Virus record (IMG/VR): IMGVR_UViG_3300042455_000321
Coordinates: 27,068 to 91,067 of that record
Source: a virus
Reading direction: 5' to 3' (one strand)
DNA length: 64,000 nucleotides
The notes under the pieces were generated by a model. That model saw nothing but the letters and a program-made list of their open reading frames with translations. It was not told where the DNA came from and searched no databases. Both the position numbers and the translations under genes were made by a program. Each line of letters opens with the position of its first letter. Positions within the stretch are counted from its first letter, which is position 1. Shown in pieces: positions 16,734 to 27,819 of this stretch.

Positions 16734-18374
16734 ATGGCATTTACTCCAGAACAAATAGCAAAAGCTTTTGCAGGTGCTCAAGGTGATATATATGAGGTCT
16801 TTCAACAAAGAGCTAACCAAGAAGCTAAGCAAACTCAATTAGAAAGAGCTTATGCTAAACAACAATTAGACGCTGAAAGAAAGGAAAGAGCTGAAAGAAA
16901 CGCAGCTTTAAATGATGTATTGACTGCTCAAAGAAACGCTAATTTAGCTACTGGTACTAAGTTAGATGAGTTGTATAACCAAAAAAGCATGGAGATATAC
17001 CAAGATGCTTTTAACGCAGAAAATGCTCAATTATATAAAGATAACTTACCTCTTTGGAAACAACAAGTTATCCCAAAACTTACAGCTTTAAAAAGCCAAG
17101 AAGAAAGTGTTGCATCTGGGTTAAAAAAAGTTGACGAGTATATTGCTAAAAAGAACCAAGAATTAGGAGGGGCTTTGAATGTTCCTGCTGTAAGAAATGC
17201 AATCATTGACGGGTTGGCATTTGACGCTAACAATAAAGTTACAGGTTCTTTAAATGCAGAAGATGCCACGTTAGATGCAATATTATCAGGTCACTATGAC
17301 TTTAAAAATAAAAAACCAATAGATAGTGGTGCTGACTCAGCTGAATATGCTGCTGACTTTTACGACCCTACTAGAACTGAAAACCTGGTTATTACTAAGT
17401 TTAAGCCAGATATGGTTCAACCTATCCCTGTAAAGTATAGACAAAATGGTATTCTTATGAATGATATTTATAAGATGCCTTCTTATTATAAAGTAGTTGA
17501 GGGACAGAAAGACCCTGTATTAGACGTTGTTTCTATTAAAGGTAAAGATGGTGGTGAATATACTGTTGCTTCTGAAAATATGAAACAATTACTAACCAAA
17601 GAACCTATTTCCAGAATGGCAATTCAACACCATGCAAGAATGTTGAAAGACACACCTGAAGGTCAAGAAGCTTTTACAAACTTAGACAAAAATCAATTTA
17701 ATGATTACGTTATAGCTGACTTTTCTAAAAAGCTACCTAAACCTTTCAAAGAAGAAACAAGAGTTGACCCTAATGATAAAGAGTTGTTTGATAGAATGAC
17801 AGCTAGAGCTAGAGGTGATAAAGAAGATAAAACAAAAGATAGCTTAGACTATTTGATGTCTTTATATGGTAAATCATACCCGCAAATAGGTAATTACCCT
17901 ACTCCAAGTAAAGCAAACTACTCAGAACAAAACCTACCTTCTGGGGTTGACATGGGTAAACTTCATGATATAACTTCTAAATCTGGTTCAGACTTATTAA
18001 AAGACGCAAGTAACATTTCTTTCAAAATATGGAAAGATGAAACTACTGGCCAAGATTACTTCTCAGTTGAAGAAACTAAAGGTGCTAACTCTGTACAAAC
18101 AGCATTATCTAAAGAAGCTGATAGAAAGGGTTGGAAGAAAGGACACTTCTATAAAGTTCCAAGTGTAGATTGGTATTTTAATTTCCCTTCTACAAGTGGC
18201 AGAACAGATACTAGAACAATGGAGAAAACAAGTAGAGATGTTAAAGCTGGTTCTACTGCCCCTGTTACTACAACAGCTGCAAGTGTTACTACTGCTGCAC
18301 CTTCTGGTGTAAACTGGGCAAAAAAACAAAAAGATGCTGAAGAAGCAAAAGCAAAAGCAAAAGTTAAAAAATAA
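16734..18374 (+). CDS. putative internal virion (ejection) protein
   Basis: Helical coiled-coil N-terminus, late motif, position next to giant ORFs. Confidence 0.6.
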   Translation: MAFTPEQIAKAFAGAQGDIYEVFQQRANQEAKQTQLERAYAKQQLDAERKERAERNAALNDVLTAQRNANLATGTKLDELYNQKSMEIYQDAFNAENAQLYKDNLPLWKQQVIPKLTALKSQEESVASGLKKVDEYIAKKNQELGGALNVPAVRNAIIDGLAFDANNKVTGSLNAEDATLDAILSGHYDFKNKKPIDSGADSAEYAADFYDPTRTENLVITKFKPDMVQPIPVKYRQNGILMNDIYKMPSYYKVVEGQKDPVLDVVSIKGKDGGEYTVASENMKQLLTKEPISRMAIQHHARMLKDTPEGQEAFTNLDKNQFNDYVIADFSKKLPKPFKEETRVDPNDKELFDRMTARARGDKEDKTKDSLDYLMSLYGKSYPQIGNYPTPSKANYSEQNLPSGVDMGKLHDITSKSGSDLLKDASNISFKIWKDETTGQDYFSVEETKGANSVQTALSKEADRKGWKKGHFYKVPSVDWYFNFPSTSGRTDTRTMEKTSRDVKAGSTAPVTTTAASVTTAAPSGVNWAKKQKDAEEAKAKAKVKK

Positions 18375-18385
18375 AAATCACTTTA

Positions 18386-21300
18386 ATGCAAGATAAAATA
18401 GTTATTAATGGCGTTGTATTAAATGACGATGACCAAGATTTAATTAACCAAGCATATATTGACCAATATGGTAAGTTAGATTACGAGAGTCCTGATTTTA
18501 ACAATAGAATGGACGCTCTTGCAAAAGACTACATGGGTTGGAAGAAAGGCGAGTTAGATAAAAGTTCCTCTAAATTAATTAATTCATCTTGGACAGATTT
18601 AAAAACCCAAGCAAGCCCACAATACCATAATGCTTTAATGCATCTTTCTGGTATGCCTATATCTTCATTAAATCAACCTATAGAGTATACAGCACCAGAA
18701 GTTAAAGTTACTGCAGAGAAAAAGAAAAGATTTGTTGGTCCAGTTGAAGAGGTAGATTATAGCCCTCAAAGAGAGTTTAAATTTGAGCCTGAGATTGCAG
18801 AAGCCAATAAACAAGAACAATATGACCCATTTACCAAATACGCTGGTGATTTCTTAGTTAAAACAGCAGGTAAAGTTTGGCAAGGTATTGGTTCTTTTCT
18901 ATCTGATGTTGGTAGAGCAAAAGCTGAATTACAAAAAAATCAAGAGTCATTAGAAGACTACGATGTACAAGAAGCTGTTAGCAAGATAAACAAAGCAGAG
19001 AAAGGTATATTTACTAAGCCAGCAGAGAGAGTTAAGCAAGAGTTTATTAAAGACGTTGAACAAGTACCTATTATTGATGAGAAGACTGGTAGTGTTAGCC
19101 CTAAAGGTTTTGCTCAAGGCATAACAGGGATTGCATCTACTATTGCCCCATACACTATTCCTGTTGAGGGTATCGGTGCTTTAACTGCTGATATAGCTAC
19201 TAGCAAATTAGGAAGATGGGGTATTAATTTAACTAGCAATTTTATGAATCAGTTTCCTAAAGTATTCTACCTAACAAAAGGTGAGTCTTTAGAACAAGCT
19301 GATAAGATGGGGCTATCTGAAGAAGATGCTCATAAGTTTGCTACAGCTAATGGTTTGGCAACAACATTTGCCTTTTCTCTTCCTGGGTCTTTCCTTAATT
19401 TAAACCCATACAAGAATACATTATCTAAGTTTATACTTAACCCTAAGAACTTGTCTACAACTAGACAAATGTTAAATTTTGGTACAGGAGCTGCAATGAG
19501 TGGTACTTCAGGTGCATTAGCAACCGTAGGGGAGAAAGTAGCAAAAGACTTGTACGCTGAAAATAGAATACCTATGCAAGGTGATTTAGTAACTGCCAAG
19601 TTACCTAATAACCAAGTTGTAAAAGAAAAGATTACAGGCGTATTTGAAGATGGTACTTATAAAGTAGGTGATTTGGATATACCTTTTCAAGCTGCTGATA
19701 TACAATTAGAGCCAGAAGAGTACTTATCAAAAGAAGCAATGAAAGAGTATGGTAAAAGCTTCTTGTCTATGGCCGCACTCCATGGGTTAATGGATTATAA
19801 AGGTGCTGGTAGAATGTTCAAAAACAACAACAGTTACTATACAAATACTGTTGCTGATATGGCTTCTCCTAAGAACTTTGCCAATAGTGTAACGCAAATA
19901 TCAAGAGAGATAAATAGTGGAGTTGTATCGCCAGAACAAGGAAGAAAAGCAATTTCATTATTAAACAAAATACAACCATATGTTACAGATGCTATGGTAT
20001 CTATGGAAAACAACCCTAGATTTAATAAAAAGTATTTTGGTAACTATGTGTTTGCTTCAGCAGAAAGAGAAGACTTAATCAACAAAAGAAACCAAGCTGC
20101 TAAGCAAATGTCTACAAGCTTATCAGAAGGAGAAGAAGTTCAAGTAAGAGACAACAACGGAAAAGTTATTACAAGCAATGCTACTGTTGAGTCTATTAAT
20201 GAAGGACCTGATGGTAATATCCAATTTAAAGTATCTGGTATTGATGCACCTGTAAGTGCAGAGAACATTATACCTGTAAGAAATACAGAAGCTGCCGATA
20301 AGATGGAGGCAATTTCTAATCAAATAAATACTGTATCTCGAGATATTAAAAAGATACAAGATGGCAATGCATTTAGAGGTAGATTAGTTACTTCTAATGA
20401 AGTTGTACAAAAGGCTTCTGATGCTTCACCTGACGGAAGATTAAAACCTTTCCAAGTTAGGTCTATGGCTGAAATTCCATTAGGGTTTTTCTCCGAAGTT
20501 GCTAACCCATTAAGATTTGAAAACGACCCTATTGTTAAGAAACATATCAAAGATATAGAGTCTGGAAGTTTAAAGGTTACTGGAGAAGAAACAACAATGC
20601 CAATTGTTTTAGATGAGAATGGCAATATAATTGATGGCCGTAAGAGAGTTGCTCAAGCTATCGTTGAAGCAAGAAGAGGTAGATTAGGTAACGTAGATAA
20701 TTCTTTTGAAGTATTAAGACCTATTACATTTGCTGAAGCAGCTAAGAATGTATCGGATATGCATGACTCAGACCCTGAAGTGCAAAGACAATACTGGGAT
20801 AACATAAAAGTTCCTGGTACTCCTGAAGCTGCTACTCAATTAGGCGTAGAGGAAATACCTGTTGACATGAACATTAAACAGGCTACAAGTAAAGTATTCC
20901 AAGATACTAAAACAAAGATTGCTGATAACGATGAAGACGTTGATGCTACTGACGTATTAGATGGCAATGTAGAAGGTGCTTTTATTGATGAGGCTACTAA
21001 TACTACAGTAACAGCTGCTGAAAAGATTAAGACGTTTTTAGAATATTATAATACACTACCAGAGTCAGAGAAAGTAAAAGCTTTAAATGATTTTGTTAAA
21101 ACCCTAAACTCTACTGTAGATGCTAATGGCAGAAAGGTATATGGGAAGAACCCAGAGTTTGAAGCTTTTAAAGCTGCTGTAGACTTCTTGAGAAAAATGG
21201 GCGTACCTAAAGAAGATTTAGCTAGCGCACTTCATAATGGGTTATTACCTAGTTATAATGACCAAGGAAGAGTTGAAGGATACATTAATGGTGCATTAAA

Positions 21301-22084
21301 GATAATGGAAAGAAAAGGTATGTTAAAAGATGACGTTATTACCTTTGCTGACATTGAAACAAAAAGACAAGCTGAGGCAAAAGCAGCTGAAGAAAAAAAG
21401 TTAAGAGAAGAAAAAAGAAATAGCAATAAAGAAATGAAGCTTAACCAATTTGCTGAAAGAGTAGCAAGTAAAGGTAAGTTAGCATTTGCTAAAAATAAAG
21501 CTGAACAAGATTACTATAATAGAAACAAAGCAGAGATAGATAGAAGAGCAGAGATAGTAAAAGAAGCTAAGAAACAACAAGCAGAGAAAGAAGCTAGAAC
21601 TGAAGAAGGATTTGAAGTTGTAGGTCAAGTAGAAGGTAAACCTGTTGCTGCGGTAGAAGTTGTAGAAGAAGTTAAAACTGAAGAGCCACAAAAAGAAACT
21701 ATAGTTGGGGCTAACGTATTAGGTAAGGACGCTACAGGTGCAGAAGTAAAAGGCCAAGTAATAAATGAAATGGCTAATGGTGACTTGATAGTTAAGACTG
21801 ACTCAGGTAATGTAATTATTAAGAGTGGGGACATTTTAGAGATAGGTGGTAAAACAGCTATTATCCCTGATGAGATTACTGTTGCTACAGAAGAACAGCC
21901 ATTTGAATTTGAAAGTGATATGGAAGAGCAAACTACAGAAACTGAAGCAGCTAAACCAGAGTACACCCAGAAAGCTAAAGAAGCTGAGTTTACAAGACCA
22001 GAGAATATGAAAGACGTTAAAGACTTATTTGACCAACTACGTAGACTTAAGTTGCTTGAATCTAAAGGAAAAGATTGTTTATAA
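18386..22084 (+). CDS. large putative ejected virion protein with ParB/Srx-like domain
   Basis: Gly/Ala-rich membrane-like middle; PIVLDENGNIIDGRKR; SH3-like segments. Confidence 0.6.
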   Translation: MQDKIVINGVVLNDDDQDLINQAYIDQYGKLDYESPDFNNRMDALAKDYMGWKKGELDKSSSKLINSSWTDLKTQASPQYHNALMHLSGMPISSLNQPIEYTAPEVKVTAEKKKRFVGPVEEVDYSPQREFKFEPEIAEANKQEQYDPFTKYAGDFLVKTAGKVWQGIGSFLSDVGRAKAELQKNQESLEDYDVQEAVSKINKAEKGIFTKPAERVKQEFIKDVEQVPIIDEKTGSVSPKGFAQGITGIASTIAPYTIPVEGIGALTADIATSKLGRWGINLTSNFMNQFPKVFYLTKGESLEQADKMGLSEEDAHKFATANGLATTFAFSLPGSFLNLNPYKNTLSKFILNPKNLSTTRQMLNFGTGAAMSGTSGALATVGEKVAKDLYAENRIPMQGDLVTAKLPNNQVVKEKITGVFEDGTYKVGDLDIPFQAADIQLEPEEYLSKEAMKEYGKSFLSMAALHGLMDYKGAGRMFKNNNSYYTNTVADMASPKNFANSVTQISREINSGVVSPEQGRKAISLLNKIQPYVTDAMVSMENNPRFNKKYFGNYVFASAEREDLINKRNQAAKQMSTSLSEGEEVQVRDNNGKVITSNATVESINEGPDGNIQFKVSGIDAPVSAENIIPVRNTEAADKMEAISNQINTVSRDIKKIQDGNAFRGRLVTSNEVVQKASDASPDGRLKPFQVRSMAEIPLGFFSEVANPLRFENDPIVKKHIKDIESGSLKVTGEETTMPIVLDENGNIIDGRKRVAQAIVEARRGRLGNVDNSFEVLRPITFAEAAKNVSDMHDSDPEVQRQYWDNIKVPGTPEAATQLGVEEIPVDMNIKQATSKVFQDTKTKIADNDEDVDATDVLDGNVEGAFIDEATNTTVTAAEKIKTFLEYYNTLPESEKVKALNDFVKTLNSTVDANGRKVYGKNPEFEAFKAAVDFLRKMGVPKEDLASALHNGLLPSYNDQGRVEGYINGALKIMERKGMLKDDVITFADIETKRQAEAKAAEEKKLREEKRNSNKEMKLNQFAERVASKGKLAFAKNKAEQDYYNRNKAEIDRRAEIVKEAKKQQAEKEARTEEGFEVVGQVEGKPVAAVEVVEEVKTEEPQKETIVGANVLGKDATGAEVKGQVINEMANGDLIVKTDSGNVIIKSGDILEIGGKTAIIPDEITVATEEQPFEFESDMEEQTTETEAAKPEYTQKAKEAEFTRPENMKDVKDLFDQLRRLKLLESKGKDCL

Positions 22085-22099
22085 TAAAAACTATATAAA

Positions 22100-22600
22100 A
22101 TGATAAAACCAGTACAACTACCTAAAGAAGTAGTAGCAGAATTAACCCCAAGAATATGTGATGAACATAAAGCTTTTTATTTCTATAAAGCAGCAGCTAA
22201 CTGGTGTTTTGAGAAAGGATATATGAAAGCAGGAGCGTTCTTCCAACACGAGTCTAAAGAAGAATTAGAACACTCTGAGATACTTGAAAAGTTTATCCGT
22301 GATTGGAATGTTATCCCTGAATTAGATGCTATTGAGCAGCCTCCTTTGGAGTTTGATGGCTTAGTAGATATTCTTGAGCAAGCATACGAAATGGAGTATA
22401 AACTTTATGAAGATTACGAAGACTCTAGCAAAGCAGTCTTTAAAATTGGAGACCTATGCGCTTTTGATTTGTTACAACAGTTTAGGACAATTCAAAAAGA
22501 TAGCGTAGCTTTGTATAGCGATTTCTTAAATAAATTAGAATTGATAGACGCTACTGACAAATTCCAATTATTCTACTTCGAAAACAAACACTTTAAGTAA
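22100..22600 (+). CDS. ferritin-like protein
   Basis: DE..A...Y......W....GY..A..FF...S.EE.EH, L.QA.EME, Q ferroxidase pattern. Confidence 0.88.
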   Translation: MIKPVQLPKEVVAELTPRICDEHKAFYFYKAAANWCFEKGYMKAGAFFQHESKEELEHSEILEKFIRDWNVIPELDAIEQPPLEFDGLVDILEQAYEMEYKLYEDYEDSSKAVFKIGDLCAFDLLQQFRTIQKDSVALYSDFLNKLELIDATDKFQLFYFENKHFK

Positions 22601-25600
22601 TGGATTGTATCTATACATACAAAGGGCAAACGTATTCTTATGCCGACCTAATTAAAAAATTATCAGAAAAAGACCTTGCTTCTTTAAAGGAAAGAGGTCT
22701 TATTTCTGTTGATAGCAAAACATTTGAAGGTTCTTTATCTTCACCTACTATATTTAAAGACATTGACAATGCTATAGCTGGAGAAAACTATGGCGTTGTT
22801 ACTACTGATAAAGATGGTAATGTAGTTACTACTGAGTCTATCAAGGGTTCTAAAGGAAGCTTTGACGAAACAGGGGTTAAGAAATTTGCTAATGACGTCA
22901 ATGACATCTACAGAGAAAACAATAAGACTGCACCAGGTGTTAAGGTAGTTGTTGCTGACGCTAAGACATTTAATGAAGTCCATAAAGAATACTATGATGG
23001 GGTTGAAGCTTCTGAATATGATGAGGCTTTCTACGACCCTAATACCAAAACTATGTATATCAATGCGTCTCAAGCATCATTAGACGCACCTCTCCATGAG
23101 TCAACCCATATATGGTTTAAGTTCATAGAGAAAAGAAGCCCAAGAATATTTCAGGCTGGTATTAATATTGCAAAAGCATCATCTCAATATAACAAGTATA
23201 TCAAGTATAAACAAGCTTATGATATGCTTAGGGCTAAATATCAATTTGAGAAAAAATCAGATGCTGAAGCTAAGACTCTTGCAATGGAGCAAGCAAAAAA
23301 TCAAGTTGTATTAAGCAAAGCTGATAACTATCTTTATGAGTATTTTGATATTACATTAGGTAGTGGTATAGAAGGAGAAAACAATTTAGCAAGCGAAATA
23401 CTTTCAAGAGAGACAGAAAAGGCGTTTAAAACAAAATCAAATAATGAGTTTTCAAAATGGTATACTACTATGATTGAAAGCTTTGTTGATAAGAAAGGAT
23501 TTAAAGGATTAACATACAATCAAGTAAGTAATTTATCTTTAAAAGATTTTACTTCTAAATTGGCTGATGAAGTATCTGGAGGTATTAGAACTAAGAGTGG
23601 TAAAGCTAGAATGGCGACTACTAAACTTATTGAAGATAAAACACCTGCACAAATAGCTGCAGAACAACAACGAAACCAAAACAAGTCACCACAACAAGGT
23701 AGAGGTGCAGCTAAAAAAGAAACTAAACCTGAACCTATATATTCTACTGATGTAATTGATATATTAAATCAATCAAATAAAGGTAAGGCTATATTAAAGA
23801 AAGCTGAAGATTTGTTTGAACAATCAGGGTTACTACAAGAATATGCAGAGAACGAAGGGTTAAGCATGAACAACTTAACACCTCAAGATGTTAGTTCATT
23901 AACTGAACAAATATTAGGTGATATAATGGTAGGTAACCTTAGAGTACCAGCTGAATTTGCTGGTTCTAATTCTATTGGTACATTAAGCACAAGAAGAGGT
24001 AGTATGCCTTCTGGTTTAGTTGGAGACGCATTTAAAGAGTTAGGTGATGGCTTGTCTAAATCAAGCGGTAAAGACGTTTCAGGCAAACAAATCAAATCAA
24101 GATTAACAAACGAGGTTAAGCCTACTACCGCTGAAAAAATTCCGTTTGCAAAAGCTAAAGCAGCATATGAAACAGAAAATATTGATAGTGGAATAAAGAG
24201 TGAAGAGGAACAAATTATTGATAAAATTGTTGAGCTTCAAGATTTATTAAACGTAGAGGACCTTTCCCCTGAAAATAAAAAAGCCATCAGAAATGAAATT
24301 AATGAGCTTGTTAAAAAACAGCAAGCAATTTCTGAAAATCAAGGTAAAGTTTATAAAGGTTCTGGTGACATTGAAGCATTGCCTTCTTCTGAGAAACCTT
24401 TAAAGAAGATATCTGATAGAGAAGAAGATGTTGTTGGAGATGTTGTTAATATTAGAACTGACGAAAAGAAATTAGCTAAGAGACAAATCAATTTAAAAAA
24501 TTGGTTATTACCTGCTGATAGAAAATTACCAATGTCAGCATTGTCTGAGTTGGAAAAGGCTCAAGGTATGAAAGCATACTATGAGAGAACCGATATTGAA
24601 TTATTGAATACTTTAAAGAATGAAATGTCAGAATACATTGGTGAATTAAACCAAGGTAAAACTGAACCAGACCCTATGGGTACAGCTGAAGGTTTATCTA
24701 AAGTTATTGATAATGCATTGAAAGGTGATAGAGCTGCATTTGATTTACTTAGCCCTAAATTAAAAACTACTGTAGATTTAATGAGGTCTAATATAGATAA
24801 CGCATCTGAGTTCATTATGGGCACAGGTTGGTTAAGTGCTGCTGAGTTATCTGAGTATCAAAAAAACCTAGGTACTTATGTAGCTAGATTATATGATAAA
24901 TATACAACCCCTAATGTACCTGTATCTAAGAAAGTTAAAGATAGAATAATATCTAAAATACCTGGACTAAGAGTATTAGTTAAAGAAGATAAGCCAATAG
25001 CAAATGCACAATGGGTTAAAGACTTATCTCCAGAGCAAATAAAAAATGCTATTGATGGGTTCCAAACATGGGTTAAGAATGGTTATTCTGATACAGCTGC
25101 TGATATCAATGCTGGAACAGGTTTTAGACAAAGAGCAATAGATTTGCAAGGTTTAAAAGATAAATTAACTGCTGAAACCCAAAAGAAAATAGATGCAGAG
25201 ACTGCTATGAATAGTGGGGAGGTTAAGAATAAAAATAAATGGCAAACTGAATACAATGAAATTATCAACAATATTGATAAATTAACTAAAGAGTATGAGG
25301 CTGAAGAAAATCAGTACAATAAAGACGTAATTGATGAAGCTAAAAGATTATATGAAGATGCTATCCAACATGTAGAGAAAGGTCAGTATATGGAGTCAGC
25401 TAATGGTTCTATAAACACTAAGCAATTCATGAAGAGAAAGGACTTGCCACAATGGTACAGAGAAGTTATTGGAGAAAGCAATAATGTATTTAAAAATTAC
25501 TTCTATACTATTGGTAGATTGCAAAACCTTGGTAACAAATTACAACTCCATAATAACATATTGGAGATGGGATTAGAAGCTGGATATATTGTAAAGGGTA

Positions 25601-27789
25601 ATGTAAGAGATAATAAATACAAGAACTATGTATTAGTAGGTGGAGAAAGTGCTTACCCTGGTGCTACAAAAAAAATGCAAGGACCTTTGTATGGGTATAA
25701 AATGGACCCATTGTTATACAAAGCTATGTTTGAAATGCCTTCGTTTACTATTGGTGATGAAACACTTCAATCTACATTAGCCCAAAAGATAGGTAATGTA
25801 TATATGGGTCAAGTAGACCTTGTTAATATGATGAAAGTAAGTTTAAACTTATCTTCTATTATTAGAAACTTTGAGTCATATTTTAAAGGTGCATTTATGT
25901 TGTCTGGTACTTATCCTGATTTAATCAGAATGACTACTTCAATGGCAAAAAAAGGAAGCAACTTTTTAGTTGATGGTACATTGTATTATGAGAACAGAAG
26001 CGCTGAACAAAAAGGGAAAACAGAGGGCTATATTAAAGGATTAGCCCAAGATGCTTTACAAGATGGTGCTATTACTTCTATTAGTGAAGATGCAATAAAC
26101 CAATGGGTTAAAGTATTAAACTCAGATAACAAGTTTGATGATGCTCTTAAAATAGGCAACACAGATGCTTTATATAAACAATTCTATAACTCTATGGGTT
26201 ATATGGCTAAAGCTGCTGTTAAAGGTATGCAGAAGCTGTTTATATTAGGGGACGTTGCACCTAAGATGGTACAATATGAGATAAGAAGAAACACTATATC
26301 TTTGGATATATATGGTAAGAACTTCTATGAGTTGAACGAGAAACAAATGAAAGCCGTTAGAGAAGCTGCTTCATTAGATGTTAAAGAAGACTTTGCAACC
26401 CCTTCAAGAGCAGCTGAATTTGGTAAGTTTAGAGGTGTCGGTACGTTTGCTAGATACCGATATGAAATGTATCGTACAATGTATAATACTGCACGTCAAG
26501 TAGCAGGATATGATTTAGATAAAAGCTACAAGCATATTAAGTTTTCTGATGATAAATTAGAAAATCAAGATATGATTAACAAGTTAGCTAGAAACAAAAG
26601 AAGAACTAAGATGATTGGTGCTGCTACATTTAGTGGTGCATTACAAGGTACTTATGCTTTAATGAGTGGTATATTCAACTCTAGCAAAGAAGAGGACCAA
26701 ATGAAACAGAATGGTGTAATTACTAACTCTGGCCTTGGTGAAACTAATCTTATGTATGAGATGTATGCTAATGCTAAAGCTGTTTTAAATGGTGATGCGT
26801 CAATGAGACAAACCGTTCAATTAGTTTTACCTGATTACCTATACGATAAAAGTATTGAGTATACATATGACCCTAAGACCAAGAAGATGACAGTATTAAA
26901 CCTTAGCCAAAACGACCAGTTTGCTGTTGTTACCGATTGGTTGAGAGGTTTAATGTATGATAAGTCTCCTTCCGATAGACCATATGCTGACTATAAAGGG
27001 GTAGGTAACAGGTCTATTGATGTAGTATCTGACCAATTATTAACATTTGGTGGTGCTCCTGTATTGTTACTTACTGCTTTTAAAGCTGCTAACGATAAAA
27101 AGACAGCTAATGAATCTCAATCAGAAGGTTTAATTAATAAAACCTATGTGAATGGTAAAAACTTTGTTCAAGGTGTATTACCAGGTGACATGAGTACTTA
27201 TACTAAAAATGCTGAAATGGCTAAGTATGCTAATGAAGAGTGGGTTGATGCTGCTGGTAATACAATTAATGATATGATTGTTAGCGGGTTCAGAGGTAAA
27301 AAGATGGAGATTAATGTATATGGTTCATTGTCTGGTAGAATTAGAAAAGAACATAAAAGAGCAAGTGATGCTATTATAATGGCTAATGAAGAAGTAGATA
27401 AGATTTTAAATTTAGCTGCAACTAGATATAAGAAAGAAGACGGTAGCCGTGTTAATAGTTTCTATGAAATACCAAGCTTTGACCAAAAGCAAGCTATATT
27501 AGAAGACAAGGATATAAAAGAACAATTAGATAAGCAAAAAGAAATTCTTAACAAACTATTGAGAGCAACTGTAAAAGCTAATAAAATGTATTACAATGCT
27601 GCTAAGAAGTTCTCATTTAGCAAAGAAGAATTAGATACATTGTTTAAAGATGCTAATAGTAATAGGGTTGATGTAGGTAAAATCAAAGGTGATATATTGT
27701 TTGATGAAGACTACATGAACATATTGCAACGCTCTGAAAAAGAGATAGATACATTAGATTTTGGTTCAATGCTTTATAGCTTAGATTAA
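22600..27789 (+). CDS. large polyvalent putative ejected protein with zincin metallopeptidase domain
   Basis: AFYD....YIN......DAPLHESTH (HExxH); 1729 aa, largely helical. Confidence 0.65.
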   Translation: MDCIYTYKGQTYSYADLIKKLSEKDLASLKERGLISVDSKTFEGSLSSPTIFKDIDNAIAGENYGVVTTDKDGNVVTTESIKGSKGSFDETGVKKFANDVNDIYRENNKTAPGVKVVVADAKTFNEVHKEYYDGVEASEYDEAFYDPNTKTMYINASQASLDAPLHESTHIWFKFIEKRSPRIFQAGINIAKASSQYNKYIKYKQAYDMLRAKYQFEKKSDAEAKTLAMEQAKNQVVLSKADNYLYEYFDITLGSGIEGENNLASEILSRETEKAFKTKSNNEFSKWYTTMIESFVDKKGFKGLTYNQVSNLSLKDFTSKLADEVSGGIRTKSGKARMATTKLIEDKTPAQIAAEQQRNQNKSPQQGRGAAKKETKPEPIYSTDVIDILNQSNKGKAILKKAEDLFEQSGLLQEYAENEGLSMNNLTPQDVSSLTEQILGDIMVGNLRVPAEFAGSNSIGTLSTRRGSMPSGLVGDAFKELGDGLSKSSGKDVSGKQIKSRLTNEVKPTTAEKIPFAKAKAAYETENIDSGIKSEEEQIIDKIVELQDLLNVEDLSPENKKAIRNEINELVKKQQAISENQGKVYKGSGDIEALPSSEKPLKKISDREEDVVGDVVNIRTDEKKLAKRQINLKNWLLPADRKLPMSALSELEKAQGMKAYYERTDIELLNTLKNEMSEYIGELNQGKTEPDPMGTAEGLSKVIDNALKGDRAAFDLLSPKLKTTVDLMRSNIDNASEFIMGTGWLSAAELSEYQKNLGTYVARLYDKYTTPNVPVSKKVKDRIISKIPGLRVLVKEDKPIANAQWVKDLSPEQIKNAIDGFQTWVKNGYSDTAADINAGTGFRQRAIDLQGLKDKLTAETQKKIDAETAMNSGEVKNKNKWQTEYNEIINNIDKLTKEYEAEENQYNKDVIDEAKRLYEDAIQHVEKGQYMESANGSINTKQFMKRKDLPQWYREVIGESNNVFKNYFYTIGRLQNLGNKLQLHNNILEMGLEAGYIVKGNVRDNKYKNYVLVGGESAYPGATKKMQGPLYGYKMDPLLYKAMFEMPSFTIGDETLQSTLAQKIGNVYMGQVDLVNMMKVSLNLSSIIRNFESYFKGAFMLSGTYPDLIRMTTSMAKKGSNFLVDGTLYYENRSAEQKGKTEGYIKGLAQDALQDGAITSISEDAINQWVKVLNSDNKFDDALKIGNTDALYKQFYNSMGYMAKAAVKGMQKLFILGDVAPKMVQYEIRRNTISLDIYGKNFYELNEKQMKAVREAASLDVKEDFATPSRAAEFGKFRGVGTFARYRYEMYRTMYNTARQVAGYDLDKSYKHIKFSDDKLENQDMINKLARNKRRTKMIGAATFSGALQGTYALMSGIFNSSKEEDQMKQNGVITNSGLGETNLMYEMYANAKAVLNGDASMRQTVQLVLPDYLYDKSIEYTYDPKTKKMTVLNLSQNDQFAVVTDWLRGLMYDKSPSDRPYADYKGVGNRSIDVVSDQLLTFGGAPVLLLTAFKAANDKKTANESQSEGLINKTYVNGKNFVQGVLPGDMSTYTKNAEMAKYANEEWVDAAGNTINDMIVSGFRGKKMEINVYGSLSGRIRKEHKRASDAIIMANEEVDKILNLAATRYKKEDGSRVNSFYEIPSFDQKQAILEDKDIKEQLDKQKEILNKLLRATVKANKMYYNAAKKFSFSKEELDTLFKDANSNRVDVGKIKGDILFDEDYMNILQRSEKEIDTLDFGSMLYSLD

Positions 27790-27800
27790 ACGTATTATAT
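27789..27800 (+). promoter_or_regulatory. putative late-promoter motif AACGTATTATAT
   Basis: Exact copy, 19 nt before ATG 27820. Confidence 0.75.
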
Positions 27801-27819
27801 AGACAAATAAACACATAAT

